Assembly (NCBI GenBank): GCA_963729895.1 | Contig: CAVSQB010000014.1 | Span: forward strand, 11,002 to 75,001 | Direction of reading: 5' to 3' | Source of the DNA: an uncultured Fibrobacterota bacterium | GTDB lineage: Bacteria > Fibrobacterota > Chitinivibrionia > Chitinivibrionales > FEN-1185 | Length of the DNA: 64,000 nucleotides | In this document: piece after piece, positions 1 through 8,906 of the stretch | Numbering within the stretch: position 1 is the stretch's first letter | How the letters are laid out: the number at the start of each line of letters is the position of its first letter | Notes under the pieces: model-generated | Told to the model about the DNA's origin: nothing | Database searches by the model: none | What the model saw: only the letters and a program-made list of their open reading frames with translations | Program-made: the position numbers and the translations under genes

Positions 1-790
1 CGCACAGGATTCGTTCGTGCGCATCTGCAAGCAGCGCAAAAAGCGACTCGGTGAGAACTCCCTCTTCGTACACGAGGCCGAAGTATGCGTCGTCCACGAG
101 CGCCACGATGTCGTCGCCCGCCTCCGCCGCCGCAACGAGCGCATCGCGAATGGCATGCGCCTCAGCCGTGGTTACCGTGTAGCCGGTCGGGTTGTTGGGA
201 AAATTGAGCAGCACCACCTTCTTGCCGCGCGGGAGCGCGCGCAGGCGCGCGGCCATGCCGTCCACGTTATATGCCCCGCGCGCAAACGTGGGATAGGTCA
301 CGATGGGCGAACCGAACGCGTGGGTAAAGATCAGGTCGTAATTTTCCCAGTACAAATCGGGCAGCACCACGGAGTCCTGTGCGTCGCAGAACAGGTAGCC
401 GGCCATCGAAAGGCCGTGGGTAAGCGCACTTGTCACCACTGGAAGGCTGAACGTTGTGCCTGAAAGCGACGGGTTCTTCCTGTAAAGCATTTCTTTCCAG
501 ATGGCGCGTATTTCCTGCCTGCCGAAACTCGGAGCATAGGAAAAGATGTTCTTCTTCTGGAGATTGAGCTGTTTCCAGAGGGACTCGAGGCACATGGGCG
601 ATCCGTTGTCCTCAAGCGCGGTGCCGATGGTCGCGTTGATCGCCATCCCGGAGGCCTCCGCAGTCTGGGCCAGAATGCCGCGCTTCGGAAAGAAAATGCT
701 CTTCCCCTTTTCCGACAGCATGTCGTACACGTGCCGGTTGACGCTGCAAATGGTCTGGTTCAGCTCCAGTGCTTGAGCATCGAGGTTCAC
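1..790 (-). CDS. PLP-dependent aminotransferase class I/II (3'-truncated by window edge)
   Basis: Not in the ORF track. Manual translation from GTG at 790 (AAGGAG RBS upstream) gives MNLDAQALELN...AINATIGTA...YAPSFG...LLNFPNNPTGY...LVDDAYFGLVY, with class I/II motifs NNPTG and DDAY. Confidence 0.85.
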   Translation of the reverse strand, partial: MNLDAQALELNQTICSVNRHVYDMLSEKGKSIFFPKRGILAQTAEASGMAINATIGTALEDNGSPMCLESLWKQLNLQKKNIFSYAPSFGRQEIRAIWKEMLYRKNPSLSGTTFSLPVVTSALTHGLSMAGYLFCDAQDSVVLPDLYWENYDLIFTHAFGSPIVTYPTFARGAYNVDGMAARLRALPRGKKVVLLNFPNNPTGYTVTTAEAHAIRDALVAAAEAGDDIVALVDDAYFGLVYEEGVLTESLFALLADAHERILC

Positions 791-1099
791 GCCGAAACTC
801 TCCTTGCGCTGCAGTCCGTGCTCATGTGGTAAGACAGCCGGTTATTCTCAATCAATAAGACTTTCAGCCGTTCTGCGCTGGTTCGCCGGCTTTTGCGGCA
901 CAATCATGCACCTTATTTTCCGCAAATTTGAACAACAAAATAAGAGAAATTTGCATGATAGTCAACCACTACATGCAAAAGGCACGATATCAACTATATT
1001 TCTTTTGGTAAAACCGGCTCATGGCCAAATATTTGAGCGGAAGAAACGTAGATTCCATTGTATATTGCATAAACGTCAAAATCCTCACAAGGAGAAGCC

Positions 1100-1327
1100 A
1101 TGATACGGGAAGAAGTGGAAAAAGTGATCGACCAGATCCGGCCCAATCTTCAAGCGGACGGCGGGAACATTGAGCTTGTCGAGGTAGGTGAAGATGGTAT
1201 TGTCAAAGTGAGGCTTCAGGGAGCATGCCACGGGTGCCCGGGCGCGGCAATGACGCTCAAGCTGGGCGTTGAGCGTATGCTCAAGGCGAATGTTCCCGAA
1301 GTAAAGTCCGTCGTAAACGTCGGCTGA
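1100..1327 (+). CDS. NifU/NfuA C-terminal domain Fe-S scaffold protein
   Basis: IRPNLQADGGNIELV and LQGACHGCP (CxxC) motifs; AAGGAG RBS. Confidence 0.9.
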   Translation: MIREEVEKVIDQIRPNLQADGGNIELVEVGEDGIVKVRLQGACHGCPGAAMTLKLGVERMLKANVPEVKSVVNVG

Positions 1328-1358
1328 TGCCCTGCTCACCTTTTCAACAGCGGTCACA

Positions 1359-2207
1359 ATGGATTCTAGAGTAACCGGCGGTATTCTGCAGAACATAACT
1401 GCCGGTATCGCGAACCCCAAAGCGCAGTCCATGTGGCGAAACGCATGGACAAAGGCGACGTTCCTCGCATTTTGCTGGGCCAGCCTGTTCATATTCGTGG
1501 GCGGCGCATTTCTGTTTTACTATCTCGTTCACCCGAGGCTGGCGGTCATCGCCATCTGGCTCGACCATGCCACGCTTATCGCCCTGTGCTTCGTCGTGTT
1601 TGTGGTAGCCGCCGGGCTTGCGCTTATCACCGCCACCGCGCTCACCGGCTGGGACCTCCTCTACCCCCACGGAAAACAATCCGTAACCGTCAAGTTCCTG
1701 TTCCCCATTGCGGCCACCCTGAGCCAGGTCTTGCGCGTGGACCGCGCACGGCTTCGGGCCTCGTTCATCAAAGTCAACAACGCGCTCACCAAGGCACAAC
1801 GGAACCGGATCCGCGGCGACCGGATCCTTATTCTGCTTCCGCACTGCCTGCAAATTGACGTATGCAACAGGAAGCTCACCTCCGACGTCTCCAACTGCGC
1901 CCGGTGCGGGCGCTGCCCCGTGGGCGGCCTCGTTGATATGGGAGAGCGCCTCGGCCTCAAGGTGGAAGTGGTGAATGGCGGCACGCTGGCCCGCAAGAAA
2001 GTGGCGTCGTTCCGTCCCGACGGCATCGTGGCCGTGGCCTGCGAGCGCGACCTCACGTTCGGCATCCAGGATGTGCACCCCATTCCCGTATTCGGGGTCA
2101 TCAACGACAGGCCGAACGGCCCCTGCTACAATACCTGCGTCGACATGCATTTGGTGGAGGAAGGAATAAAGTTCTTCAGAAAAGAGCCGGTCCCGGCCAT
2201 TCCGTAG
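1359..2207 (+). CDS. DUF116 family membrane-anchored Cys-rich protein
   Basis: Two N-terminal TM segments; LLPHCLQ, CARCGRC, NGGTLA, AVACERDL and GPCYNT motifs. Confidence 0.85.
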   Translation: MDSRVTGGILQNITAGIANPKAQSMWRNAWTKATFLAFCWASLFIFVGGAFLFYYLVHPRLAVIAIWLDHATLIALCFVVFVVAAGLALITATALTGWDLLYPHGKQSVTVKFLFPIAATLSQVLRVDRARLRASFIKVNNALTKAQRNRIRGDRILILLPHCLQIDVCNRKLTSDVSNCARCGRCPVGGLVDMGERLGLKVEVVNGGTLARKKVASFRPDGIVAVACERDLTFGIQDVHPIPVFGVINDRPNGPCYNTCVDMHLVEEGIKFFRKEPVPAIP

Positions 2208-2303
2208 CAACTGCCAATCTTTACAATGTGCATCCCAAAAAACCGTTGCCGCTAATTCCGCGCTAAGCTATTTTATGGCACTGCTAAAACCGATTCCGAC
2301 AGC

Positions 2304-2378
2304 GGTCCCTTCGTCTAGTGGTTAGGACACAGGATTTTCATTCCTGCAACATGGGTTCGATTCCCATAGGGACTACCA
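2304..2378 (+). tRNA. tRNA-Glu (TTC)
   Basis: Full cloverleaf: GGTCCCT/AGGGACT acceptor, CAGGA-TTTTCAT-TCCTG anticodon arm, GTTCGA T-loop, encoded CCA. Confidence 0.97.
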
Positions 2379-2388
2379 CTTATCATAC

Positions 2389-2423
2389 AAAGAGTTGCGG
2401 AGATTGTCCGTAACTCTTTTTTT
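2389..2423 (+). terminator. Rho-independent terminator after tRNA-Glu
   Basis: AAGAGTTGCGGA-gattg-TCCGTAACTCTT hairpin followed by a T run. Confidence 0.8.
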
Positions 2424-2469
2424 ATTTGAAATGCTCAAAAATGCTTATCATTTTTGAGAAACCTAAATT

Positions 2470-2895
2470 TCAGGAGATTGTTCTCCAGGCTTTGCCTACC
2501 ATGAACTGGATCGCCCCAAGGGGAACTTTCTGCTCTTTTGCTGACTTGATTAATCTTTCGACATCACTTTTAAGTTCATCACAGTTTACTTGTGTAAAAC
2601 CTGCCATTTGTTGAATTTCCGTTTGATCCACCTTATCATACCAAGTGAACATGTGGTCTGTGTGATGGCCGGTCTGTGCCTTGATTACGCTCTTATCGAA
2701 CCCTTCCCTGCGCTTCCTAACAGTAAAGCAATGTCTGAAATCGTGGAACCGGAGATCCTCGTACCCTGCCTTGTCGGCATATTTTCTGAATTGTGATCCG
2801 AAAAAGTTCCTACCGATTTGAAGTCCTTTTATGGATAAAAAGACATTTTCTTCCCTCGCACAAGTTCCACGTTCCTTCTGGATTTCCAAGAGCAC
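2470..2895 (-). pseudogene. C-terminal fragment of a tyrosine integrase
   Basis: LRFHDFRH (H-x-x-R), TGH and a terminal Tyr (FTWYD) are present; N-terminal domains are missing; adjacent to the tRNA 3' end. Confidence 0.8.
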
Positions 2896-3111
2896 TTCAT
2901 ACAGGTCAGGATCAATGCCAATGGTCTTGTTGTCGGCCTCCTTGGTATCGCTCGACTGAAGTTGGATTAGGCGTTCGGAAAGATTGACGCTTTTCCATTT
3001 CCAGCTGGGAATCCATTGTGTACGATTTCTGTGCGCGAGGACTTTCGGAAATGATAAGATTTGCTTGTAATCAGGCCTGTCACCACCTTCTTCAGGAAAG
3101 GGGACAACGCG

Positions 3112-3528
3112 ATGAACCTTTCAAAATTTGAATCAAGGATGCTCGATATCAGACGGGTTACGGAATTATTGTGGATAGGAATCATTGTGGTCGGCAGCTT
3201 GTTGATTATTGTCCCTTTTGGAATTTATTCCACCCGGCAAATCGACAATATCTGGAAGTCGAACGGGGACCAAATTGAGAAGATAAAGGCCGGCACTAGC
3301 AGCAAGGACATGGCGTTAGTAGACGTAATTGTGAGTCAGAACAGGACAGTGAGGGAAACCATGAGGCAGTTGTTTTATGAGATGATACTGAGGTCCGTCT
3401 TGATATTGGTATTGGTGGGAGGTGCGTTCATTGTAATGTATTTCCGCAGCAGAGCTTATTTGAACATTATCAGGAAATATCAGGAACTTGAAAATGTGAA
3501 GGAAGCCGGAAAGATGATCGGCCCATGA
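3112..3528 (+). CDS. Hypothetical two-TM membrane protein
   Basis: ATG at 3112 after AAGGGGA; two hydrophobic segments; lower GC than core genes. Confidence 0.6.
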   Translation: MNLSKFESRMLDIRRVTELLWIGIIVVGSLLIIVPFGIYSTRQIDNIWKSNGDQIEKIKAGTSSKDMALVDVIVSQNRTVRETMRQLFYEMILRSVLILVLVGGAFIVMYFRSRAYLNIIRKYQELENVKEAGKMIGP

Positions 3529-3856
3529 ATCGTTGGCGTTTTGTCTGTGGCTTGCTTTGCGGAACAACATGTCTACCAGGAATCTCACAACGGCTGGCCC
3601 GCTCGAAAATGACTGCTTTATTCTCCTCGAAATGACCGATCAACCACATAATGTGCCTGAAAGAATCAAAGGCGCAAATTTGCACCACTGGTTTGATGCC
3701 TTCTTGATTCTCCGTAGTTTCCGCGAGGTAATGCTTGCTTCTTGCTATCGACAAATGTGATTTTGCAGTATACTGATTTAGTTTGGCCTTGTCAAACGGC
3801 ATTGCAAACTGGTTACCTTCGGCAATCAATTCATTAATAGATATTTCGCTGCCCTC

Positions 3857-4093
3857 CTAGTCCTTCCTCGAAAACACAATCGACTCATCACCCTCCTGCC
3901 GTTCCACTTCGACAATGAGACCCGCTTTTTCGAGCGCGGGCCCCAGCTCCGCGGCTATGTCGGTTTCGGAGGTGATGTCGAACATGTTCCGGAAGTCGGC
4001 CAATTCTTCACTGTAAAAGCCGCCGTCCCGCGGAAGTCTGGCGATCGCTGCCTCGACATGCGACCGGATAACGGCGATCAAGGCTTGGTCCAT
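3857..4093 (-). CDS. Small acidic hypothetical protein
   Basis: GGAGGTGG RBS before ATG at 4093; co-oriented with the upstream tat operon. Confidence 0.65.
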   Translation of the reverse strand: MDQALIAVIRSHVEAAIARLPRDGGFYSEELADFRNMFDITSETDIAAELGPALEKAGLIVEVERQEGDESIVFSRKD

Positions 4094-4109
4094 GGTTCCA
4101 CCTCCAAGA

Positions 4110-4937
4110 CTACTGTTTATCAATTTTTCGCGCCGTACGGTACACACAGAAAGCGCTCAGGTACGGAAACGTCGCCAGCGCCGCCGCCACCGGCAGGCAG
4201 AGCCTCGCAATCGACGTTTTGATCGTAGCCTCGCCTTCGGCTTCAAACGGTTCGCCGGAAAATGCCGGTTTGTACACAATGCTGCAGCGCCGTCGCCGGC
4301 CGTCCGCAAGCATGTTTCGAAGTGCCGTATACCAGCCGTAGGCGGTTCCGGTGACGGCCGGATCGTCGAACCCCATCCTCACCAGAAGCCGGACATGGCC
4401 CACCGAACAAATCCTCAACAGCAACTGCAGGGTCCTTCCAAGCCATCGAATGACCTTGCCGCGGAACGGACCGTTGCCCAGGTACACCCACAGCCTTTTG
4501 ACTTGCAGGAATCCGGACCGCCACTGGTTCCGGCCGGGTTCCTGTTCGTGCCCGGCAGCCGCCTTTGGGCCGGCTGGTCTCTGTTCCGGTTCGGCAAGCG
4601 GTTGCGCACGGTCGGGCCCAGAGGTTTTCTCATGAAGAGTTTCCCCCTTCACTGCGTGATCCCGGGCTCCGGCCTTTGCGGCCTTCCGCGGTTTTTGGGA
4701 CGGGAATGCCTTCGTCCCGTACGCGTACAGCCGCAGGGCCCCGAATGCGAGGACTTCCAGAGTCTTTCCCTTGTTGTCAATAACGGCCTTGAGAACCCCG
4801 GGGTGCAGCCAGGAACAGCGCACCTCGACACTGCCGCCGCCCGGGCCGACGGCGCCGGCGCACACGACGGCAATGGGAGCAACGAGAACGAGTGCAAGGA
4901 CAACGAGCGGGAGAAGGATAACGATTGATAGAAGCAT
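4110..4937 (-). CDS. DUF2953-like protein
   Basis: N-terminal TM; GFDDPAVTGTAYG motif; C-terminal PAFSGEPFEAEG. Confidence 0.7.
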   Translation of the reverse strand: MLLSIVILLPLVVLALVLVAPIAVVCAGAVGPGGGSVEVRCSWLHPGVLKAVIDNKGKTLEVLAFGALRLYAYGTKAFPSQKPRKAAKAGARDHAVKGETLHEKTSGPDRAQPLAEPEQRPAGPKAAAGHEQEPGRNQWRSGFLQVKRLWVYLGNGPFRGKVIRWLGRTLQLLLRICSVGHVRLLVRMGFDDPAVTGTAYGWYTALRNMLADGRRRRCSIVYKPAFSGEPFEAEGEATIKTSIARLCLPVAAALATFPYLSAFCVYRTARKIDKQ

Positions 4938-4984
4938 ATCAGCGGCCTGTTGGGGTAAAGAGAAATCTCTCCGGCGTCATGCAA

Positions 4985-5818
4985 CTACCCTGCGGGCTGT
5001 AGGGGCGGTGCCACCTGCGGCGCGGGTTCCTGCGGCGGCATGATAAGAATGCCCCGTTCGGTGATCACCTGGTCCATCGTGATATCGTGGTAGGCGAAGG
5101 GAAGCCTTTCGTCCGGACCCATGATCTGGCAGTCGAATGCGACCCCGTACACAGGCACCCGGCCCTTGAGCTCCTTGACGAACCTGTCGTAGCATCCCCG
5201 GCCCCTGCCGAGACGGGAGCCGTGGATGTCAAATGCGACCGCCGGGCACACGACGAACTGTATGTCGCTCTTGAAAAAATTGTTCCACTTTTCCCGCACC
5301 GGCTCGTACACGCCGATCCCGCTGAGGGCCGTGTCCTTGTCGGCATCGGTGATCTCCGCAACTCCCATGGATGCATCCTGGTTGATATAGGGCACAATCA
5401 CCCTGCGCCCGGTTGCAAGCATTTCGGCGATAGCCGGACGCATCGCCACCTCGGCGCCCGCTTCGACGTACACCATCACCGCTTTCGCCTTTGCAAAGGA
5501 AGGTTCCTTTTTCAGGATCTCCCAGATGGCGGCAGATTTTTCCGCGCGCTGTTCCAGGGCGAGTTCCTTGCGCTTGGCAATGTAGGTTTCGCGCAACGCC
5601 TCTTTCTTCTTCGCCACCTCCTGATCGTGGGTGGGCATGGCCTCGTCGATCCTGCTTATCTCGTTTATCTCGCGCCGGACTTTGTCGGAGTACAGGCGCA
5701 CCTTGCCCACAAACCTTCCCGCCTGCCGTATGATGTTGGGTATCTCCTTGGACCCGAAAAAGATCAGGATGAGGACCAAAATGATGAGTATTTCCGAAAA
5801 ATCAAGCCCCATGTTCAT
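4985..5818 (-). CDS. TatA/TatB-type subunit fused to 5-formyltetrahydrofolate cyclo-ligase
   Basis: N-terminal FSEILIILVLILIFFGSKEIP plus amphipathic helix (Tat), then KKEALRE...CPAVAFD...RLGRGRGCYDR...HDITMDQVITE (YgfA/MTHFS) in one frame. Confidence 0.85.
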   Translation of the reverse strand: MNMGLDFSEILIILVLILIFFGSKEIPNIIRQAGRFVGKVRLYSDKVRREINEISRIDEAMPTHDQEVAKKKEALRETYIAKRKELALEQRAEKSAAIWEILKKEPSFAKAKAVMVYVEAGAEVAMRPAIAEMLATGRRVIVPYINQDASMGVAEITDADKDTALSGIGVYEPVREKWNNFFKSDIQFVVCPAVAFDIHGSRLGRGRGCYDRFVKELKGRVPVYGVAFDCQIMGPDERLPFAYHDITMDQVITERGILIMPPQEPAPQVAPPLQPAG

Positions 5819-6582
5819 GCTGCGCGCCTCCGCGTCAGGAACGACACCAGGATGCTCACCGCGTAAATAAGAAGCAGCGGCACGGCCATGAACATCATGG
5901 ACGCCACGTCGGGCGGGCTGATCACGGCGGCGATAATCGCAATAATGACGACGGCATGCCGGATCTTACCTATGAGGAATTCCGGCGTCAGGAGCCCCAT
6001 CCGGGTGAGGAGCCAGGAAACCATGGGGAATTCGAAGATAATGCCGCAGGCAAGGCCCAGCTTGATCATAAAGGAGATGTATTCGCTCGCCTTGAAATAC
6101 GGCTCGATCACGCCGCCGCCGAACGTGGCAAGCACCTTTATCATCCAGGGGATCATGAAATAGGCAAAGGTAATGCCCAGAAAGAACGACAGCGACGATG
6201 AAATGACTATGGGCAGGGCCACTTTCTTTTCTTTGCCGTAAAGACCGGGCGACACAAACGCCCAGATCTGGTAGAAAACAAACGGGATGGATACGATGAT
6301 GCCGCCCACCAGCGCGATCTTTATGCTCAGCATGATTGCTTCGGCGGGTGCGGTGAAAATAAGATGGGGCTTCGGATAGGTGAAGCGCAGGGGATACACC
6401 AACAGGACCTGAAAAATCTTCTTCCAGAAGATAAAGCACGGAACGGCGCACACGAAAACGCCCACGATGCACTTGATAAGCCGGCCCCGGAGCTCTTCAA
6501 GATGGTCGAGGAAATTCATGCCCTCGGGGGCATCGTTCCCTTTATCCTTCTTTCTTAGCTTCCGCAGCAGGCTTGCTATCAT
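5815..6582 (-). CDS. tatC: Twin-arginine translocase subunit TatC (start may be ATG at 6519)
   Basis: [26 protein letters not shown] and ISPPD motifs. Confidence 0.95.
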   Translation of the reverse strand: MIASLLRKLRKKDKGNDAPEGMNFLDHLEELRGRLIKCIVGVFVCAVPCFIFWKKIFQVLLVYPLRFTYPKPHLIFTAPAEAIMLSIKIALVGGIIVSIPFVFYQIWAFVSPGLYGKEKKVALPIVISSSLSFFLGITFAYFMIPWMIKVLATFGGGVIEPYFKASEYISFMIKLGLACGIIFEFPMVSWLLTRMGLLTPEFLIGKIRHAVVIIAIIAAVISPPDVASMMFMAVPLLLIYAVSILVSFLTRRRAA

Positions 6583-6751
6583 TCGGCTTCTCCGCCTCGT
6601 TCAGTTCCTTGGTGGCTTCGCTGGATGCTTTCTTGAATTCCTTTATTCCCTGTCCCAGTCCCTTTGCGAGTTCGGGTATCTTCTTTGCCCCGAAAAGCAG
6701 AACGATCACAAGCAGCACAATCGCCCAGTGAAGCGGGCTCATGGTACCCAT
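6542..6751 (-). CDS. tatA: Twin-arginine translocase subunit TatA
   Basis: [35 protein letters not shown] signature. Confidence 0.95.
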   Translation of the reverse strand: MGTMSPLHWAIVLLVIVLLFGAKKIPELAKGLGQGIKEFKKASSEATKELNEAEKPNDSKPAAEAKKEG

Positions 6752-6849
6752 ACTGTACCCCTTTCACGAGTAAAAAATAGTCTTACCGGTATTGCGAAAA
6801 CCGATTTGATATCCGGTAAACAGGTCATAAAATATATTAAGAGACGACA

Positions 6850-7626
6850 ATGAATACCAAATTACCTTTACTCAGTCTTGGTTCCGTCGTTTACGGAATT
6901 CATCCCGTTGAAGAACTGATCTCAACCAGACTACGTCAGATAGACCGCCTATATTTTGACAAAGACCGGTCGAGCGGACCGCTGTTCAACCTTGTAAAGC
7001 TTGCAAGAAAAGAACGCCTCCCGTACCAGATGGTCCCTGCGCAAAAGCTGGACCATGAGGCCGGCAGCCCGAACCATCAGGGAGCAGTGGCGCTGTGCAG
7101 CGCCAAGGAATACATGGACCCGGACGCGCTGCTCCAGCACTTGTCGTCGAAACCGTCGGCCCCGCTGCTGTTTATTCCGGCGTCCGTGGAAGACCCGCGC
7201 AACCTGGGAGCGCTCGTGCGAACCTGCGTCGCGTTCGGTGTGGATGCAATGCTGCTTGAGCGAAAGAACACCGCGCCCATCGGCGCAACAGTGGCCAAAG
7301 CGTCGGCGGGGATGCTTGAACACATCTCTCTTGTTAAGACGAAGAACCTCGAGGGACTCGTTGCGACGCTTATCACCAGGGGATTTGCGGTGGTGGGAGC
7401 GCAGCAGGGCGCAGAGAAGAAGCCGCAGGACATCGACCTCACCGTACCGGCGGTCATCGTCACGGGCGGGGAAAACCGCGGCATCCCGCCGTATCTTGCA
7501 AAAAAATGCACGCACCTCGCCGGTATTCCCCTTGCCGCCGGCGCCAACTCGCTCAACGTGTCCGCCGCCGCAGCCATCATCCTGTACGAATGCGCGCGGC
7601 AGCGGAGATTTCCTTCCGCACGGTAG
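6850..7626 (+). CDS. rlmB: 23S rRNA Gm2251 2'-O-methyltransferase (TrmH/SpoU family)
   Basis: VYGIHPV, NHQG, DPRNLGALVR, GGENRG and SLNVS SPOUT motifs. Confidence 0.9.
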   Translation: MNTKLPLLSLGSVVYGIHPVEELISTRLRQIDRLYFDKDRSSGPLFNLVKLARKERLPYQMVPAQKLDHEAGSPNHQGAVALCSAKEYMDPDALLQHLSSKPSAPLLFIPASVEDPRNLGALVRTCVAFGVDAMLLERKNTAPIGATVAKASAGMLEHISLVKTKNLEGLVATLITRGFAVVGAQQGAEKKPQDIDLTVPAVIVTGGENRGIPPYLAKKCTHLAGIPLAAGANSLNVSAAAAIILYECARQRRFPSAR

Positions 7627-8784
7627 CTATTTGTCGCCGAGGCCGAAAAAAGAATCCATCGTGGACTCGATGTCTTCCCCGCTTATGACGGAGTTATCTT
7701 CTTTGTTTGATGCCGGGGACGGTGGCTTTTTGGGTGCCGGTCCGGGCTGTTTTCGGACGATTTCAGCGCCCTCCACGACTATCGCCTCAGGCGGAACGCC
7801 GGCGGCGCCCATGAGCTGGGTTCTGTCCCATTGCAGTGTTTTCTCGGTCCGGTCCGCGTGGGGCGCGTTGGCTTCGGGCGGCCGCACAATTTCCTGTCTT
7901 ACTCTTTTGTCAACAGTTCCGCCAAACTCCTTTTCAAAATCAAAACCCTGCAGTTCTCGTGCGGGAGCCTTGGGCGCTTCGGGCCGCGCGGGCCGCGGCG
8001 CCGCCTGCGGTGCCGGCCTCCTTTCAACCGTCTGCGGGATCGGTGCGGAAGGCCTGGGTTGGGGTCTTGCCGGGGGCGGCTCGCGTTTCAGCCTTTGCTC
8101 CTCAACGTCCTCCGTCACCCTGATGACACCGAGCCGAACGTCCGTGGGCGGAGGCTCAACCCGCGGGACGGTTGACATTTTCGCCTGGCCAGCGGGAGCA
8201 ACGGGCTGGACAGAAACGCCCCTTCGCTCGGAGATGCCCGGGACAGCGGCAATGGTTTCTTCTTCGGGCGACGGCCTCGATACTTCCATTGGGGCGGTCC
8301 GCGCCGCGCCGGGAAGAGGAGGGGTGCGCGATTCGAAGCGCGCTCCGTAATCCTCTACAACGGACGAAGAGGTATCGGCCCGGTCCGGCCCGGCCTCGCC
8401 GACATATCTGTCCCCCGCCGGACGGGTTCGGACGGATTCGCCGGCCCCGAACGCGGCCCGAAACTCGGCGATCCGCGATTCCATATACTTGACAAAATAG
8501 ATGTCAAGCACATGCATGTTTTCCGTAAGCATCTTCTGCATCTTGTCGATTTTGGGGGACAATGCGGAGCGGAGCGCGTGAGCGTTCATGAATTTCGCTA
8601 CGGCCGAGGAGAGCACCTTGTCCGCTTCGGCCGATTCTTCCGCGACCGCTTTCACCACCAGGCTCTTTTCACGCGCAAGCTGGCGCTCGGCCTTCCTGAA
8701 CACGAAGAGAACAAGCCATACGCCGGAACTCAGCAGCGCCCCGAGGATAACGCCGATGCCCAGAAGTATTACCGTGTCGTTCAT
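7627..8784 (-). CDS. Hypothetical bitopic membrane protein with Pro-rich disordered region
   Basis: N-terminal TM, helical segment, long P/A/R/E-rich linker, short C-terminal amphipathic helix; AAGGA RBS. Confidence 0.75.
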   Translation of the reverse strand: MNDTVILLGIGVILGALLSSGVWLVLFVFRKAERQLAREKSLVVKAVAEESAEADKVLSSAVAKFMNAHALRSALSPKIDKMQKMLTENMHVLDIYFVKYMESRIAEFRAAFGAGESVRTRPAGDRYVGEAGPDRADTSSSVVEDYGARFESRTPPLPGAARTAPMEVSRPSPEEETIAAVPGISERRGVSVQPVAPAGQAKMSTVPRVEPPPTDVRLGVIRVTEDVEEQRLKREPPPARPQPRPSAPIPQTVERRPAPQAAPRPARPEAPKAPARELQGFDFEKEFGGTVDKRVRQEIVRPPEANAPHADRTEKTLQWDRTQLMGAAGVPPEAIVVEGAEIVRKQPGPAPKKPPSPASNKEDNSVISGEDIESTMDSFFGLGDK

Positions 8785-8906
8785 GAAATTTCCTTTCGCT
8801 GCGGAAGCAAAGTGAGAAAGTACCCTTTATTACACGTACCTTACAATGATACACCGCACCTGCGGAAAAATCAACGTATAATTGGCCGGCAGGGGAGCCG
8901 CAACGA

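Noticed and set aside
3470..3829. ORF of 119 aa as a functional gene
   Set aside because: No clear RBS, it overlaps the convergent gene and has no motif; probably a fragment.
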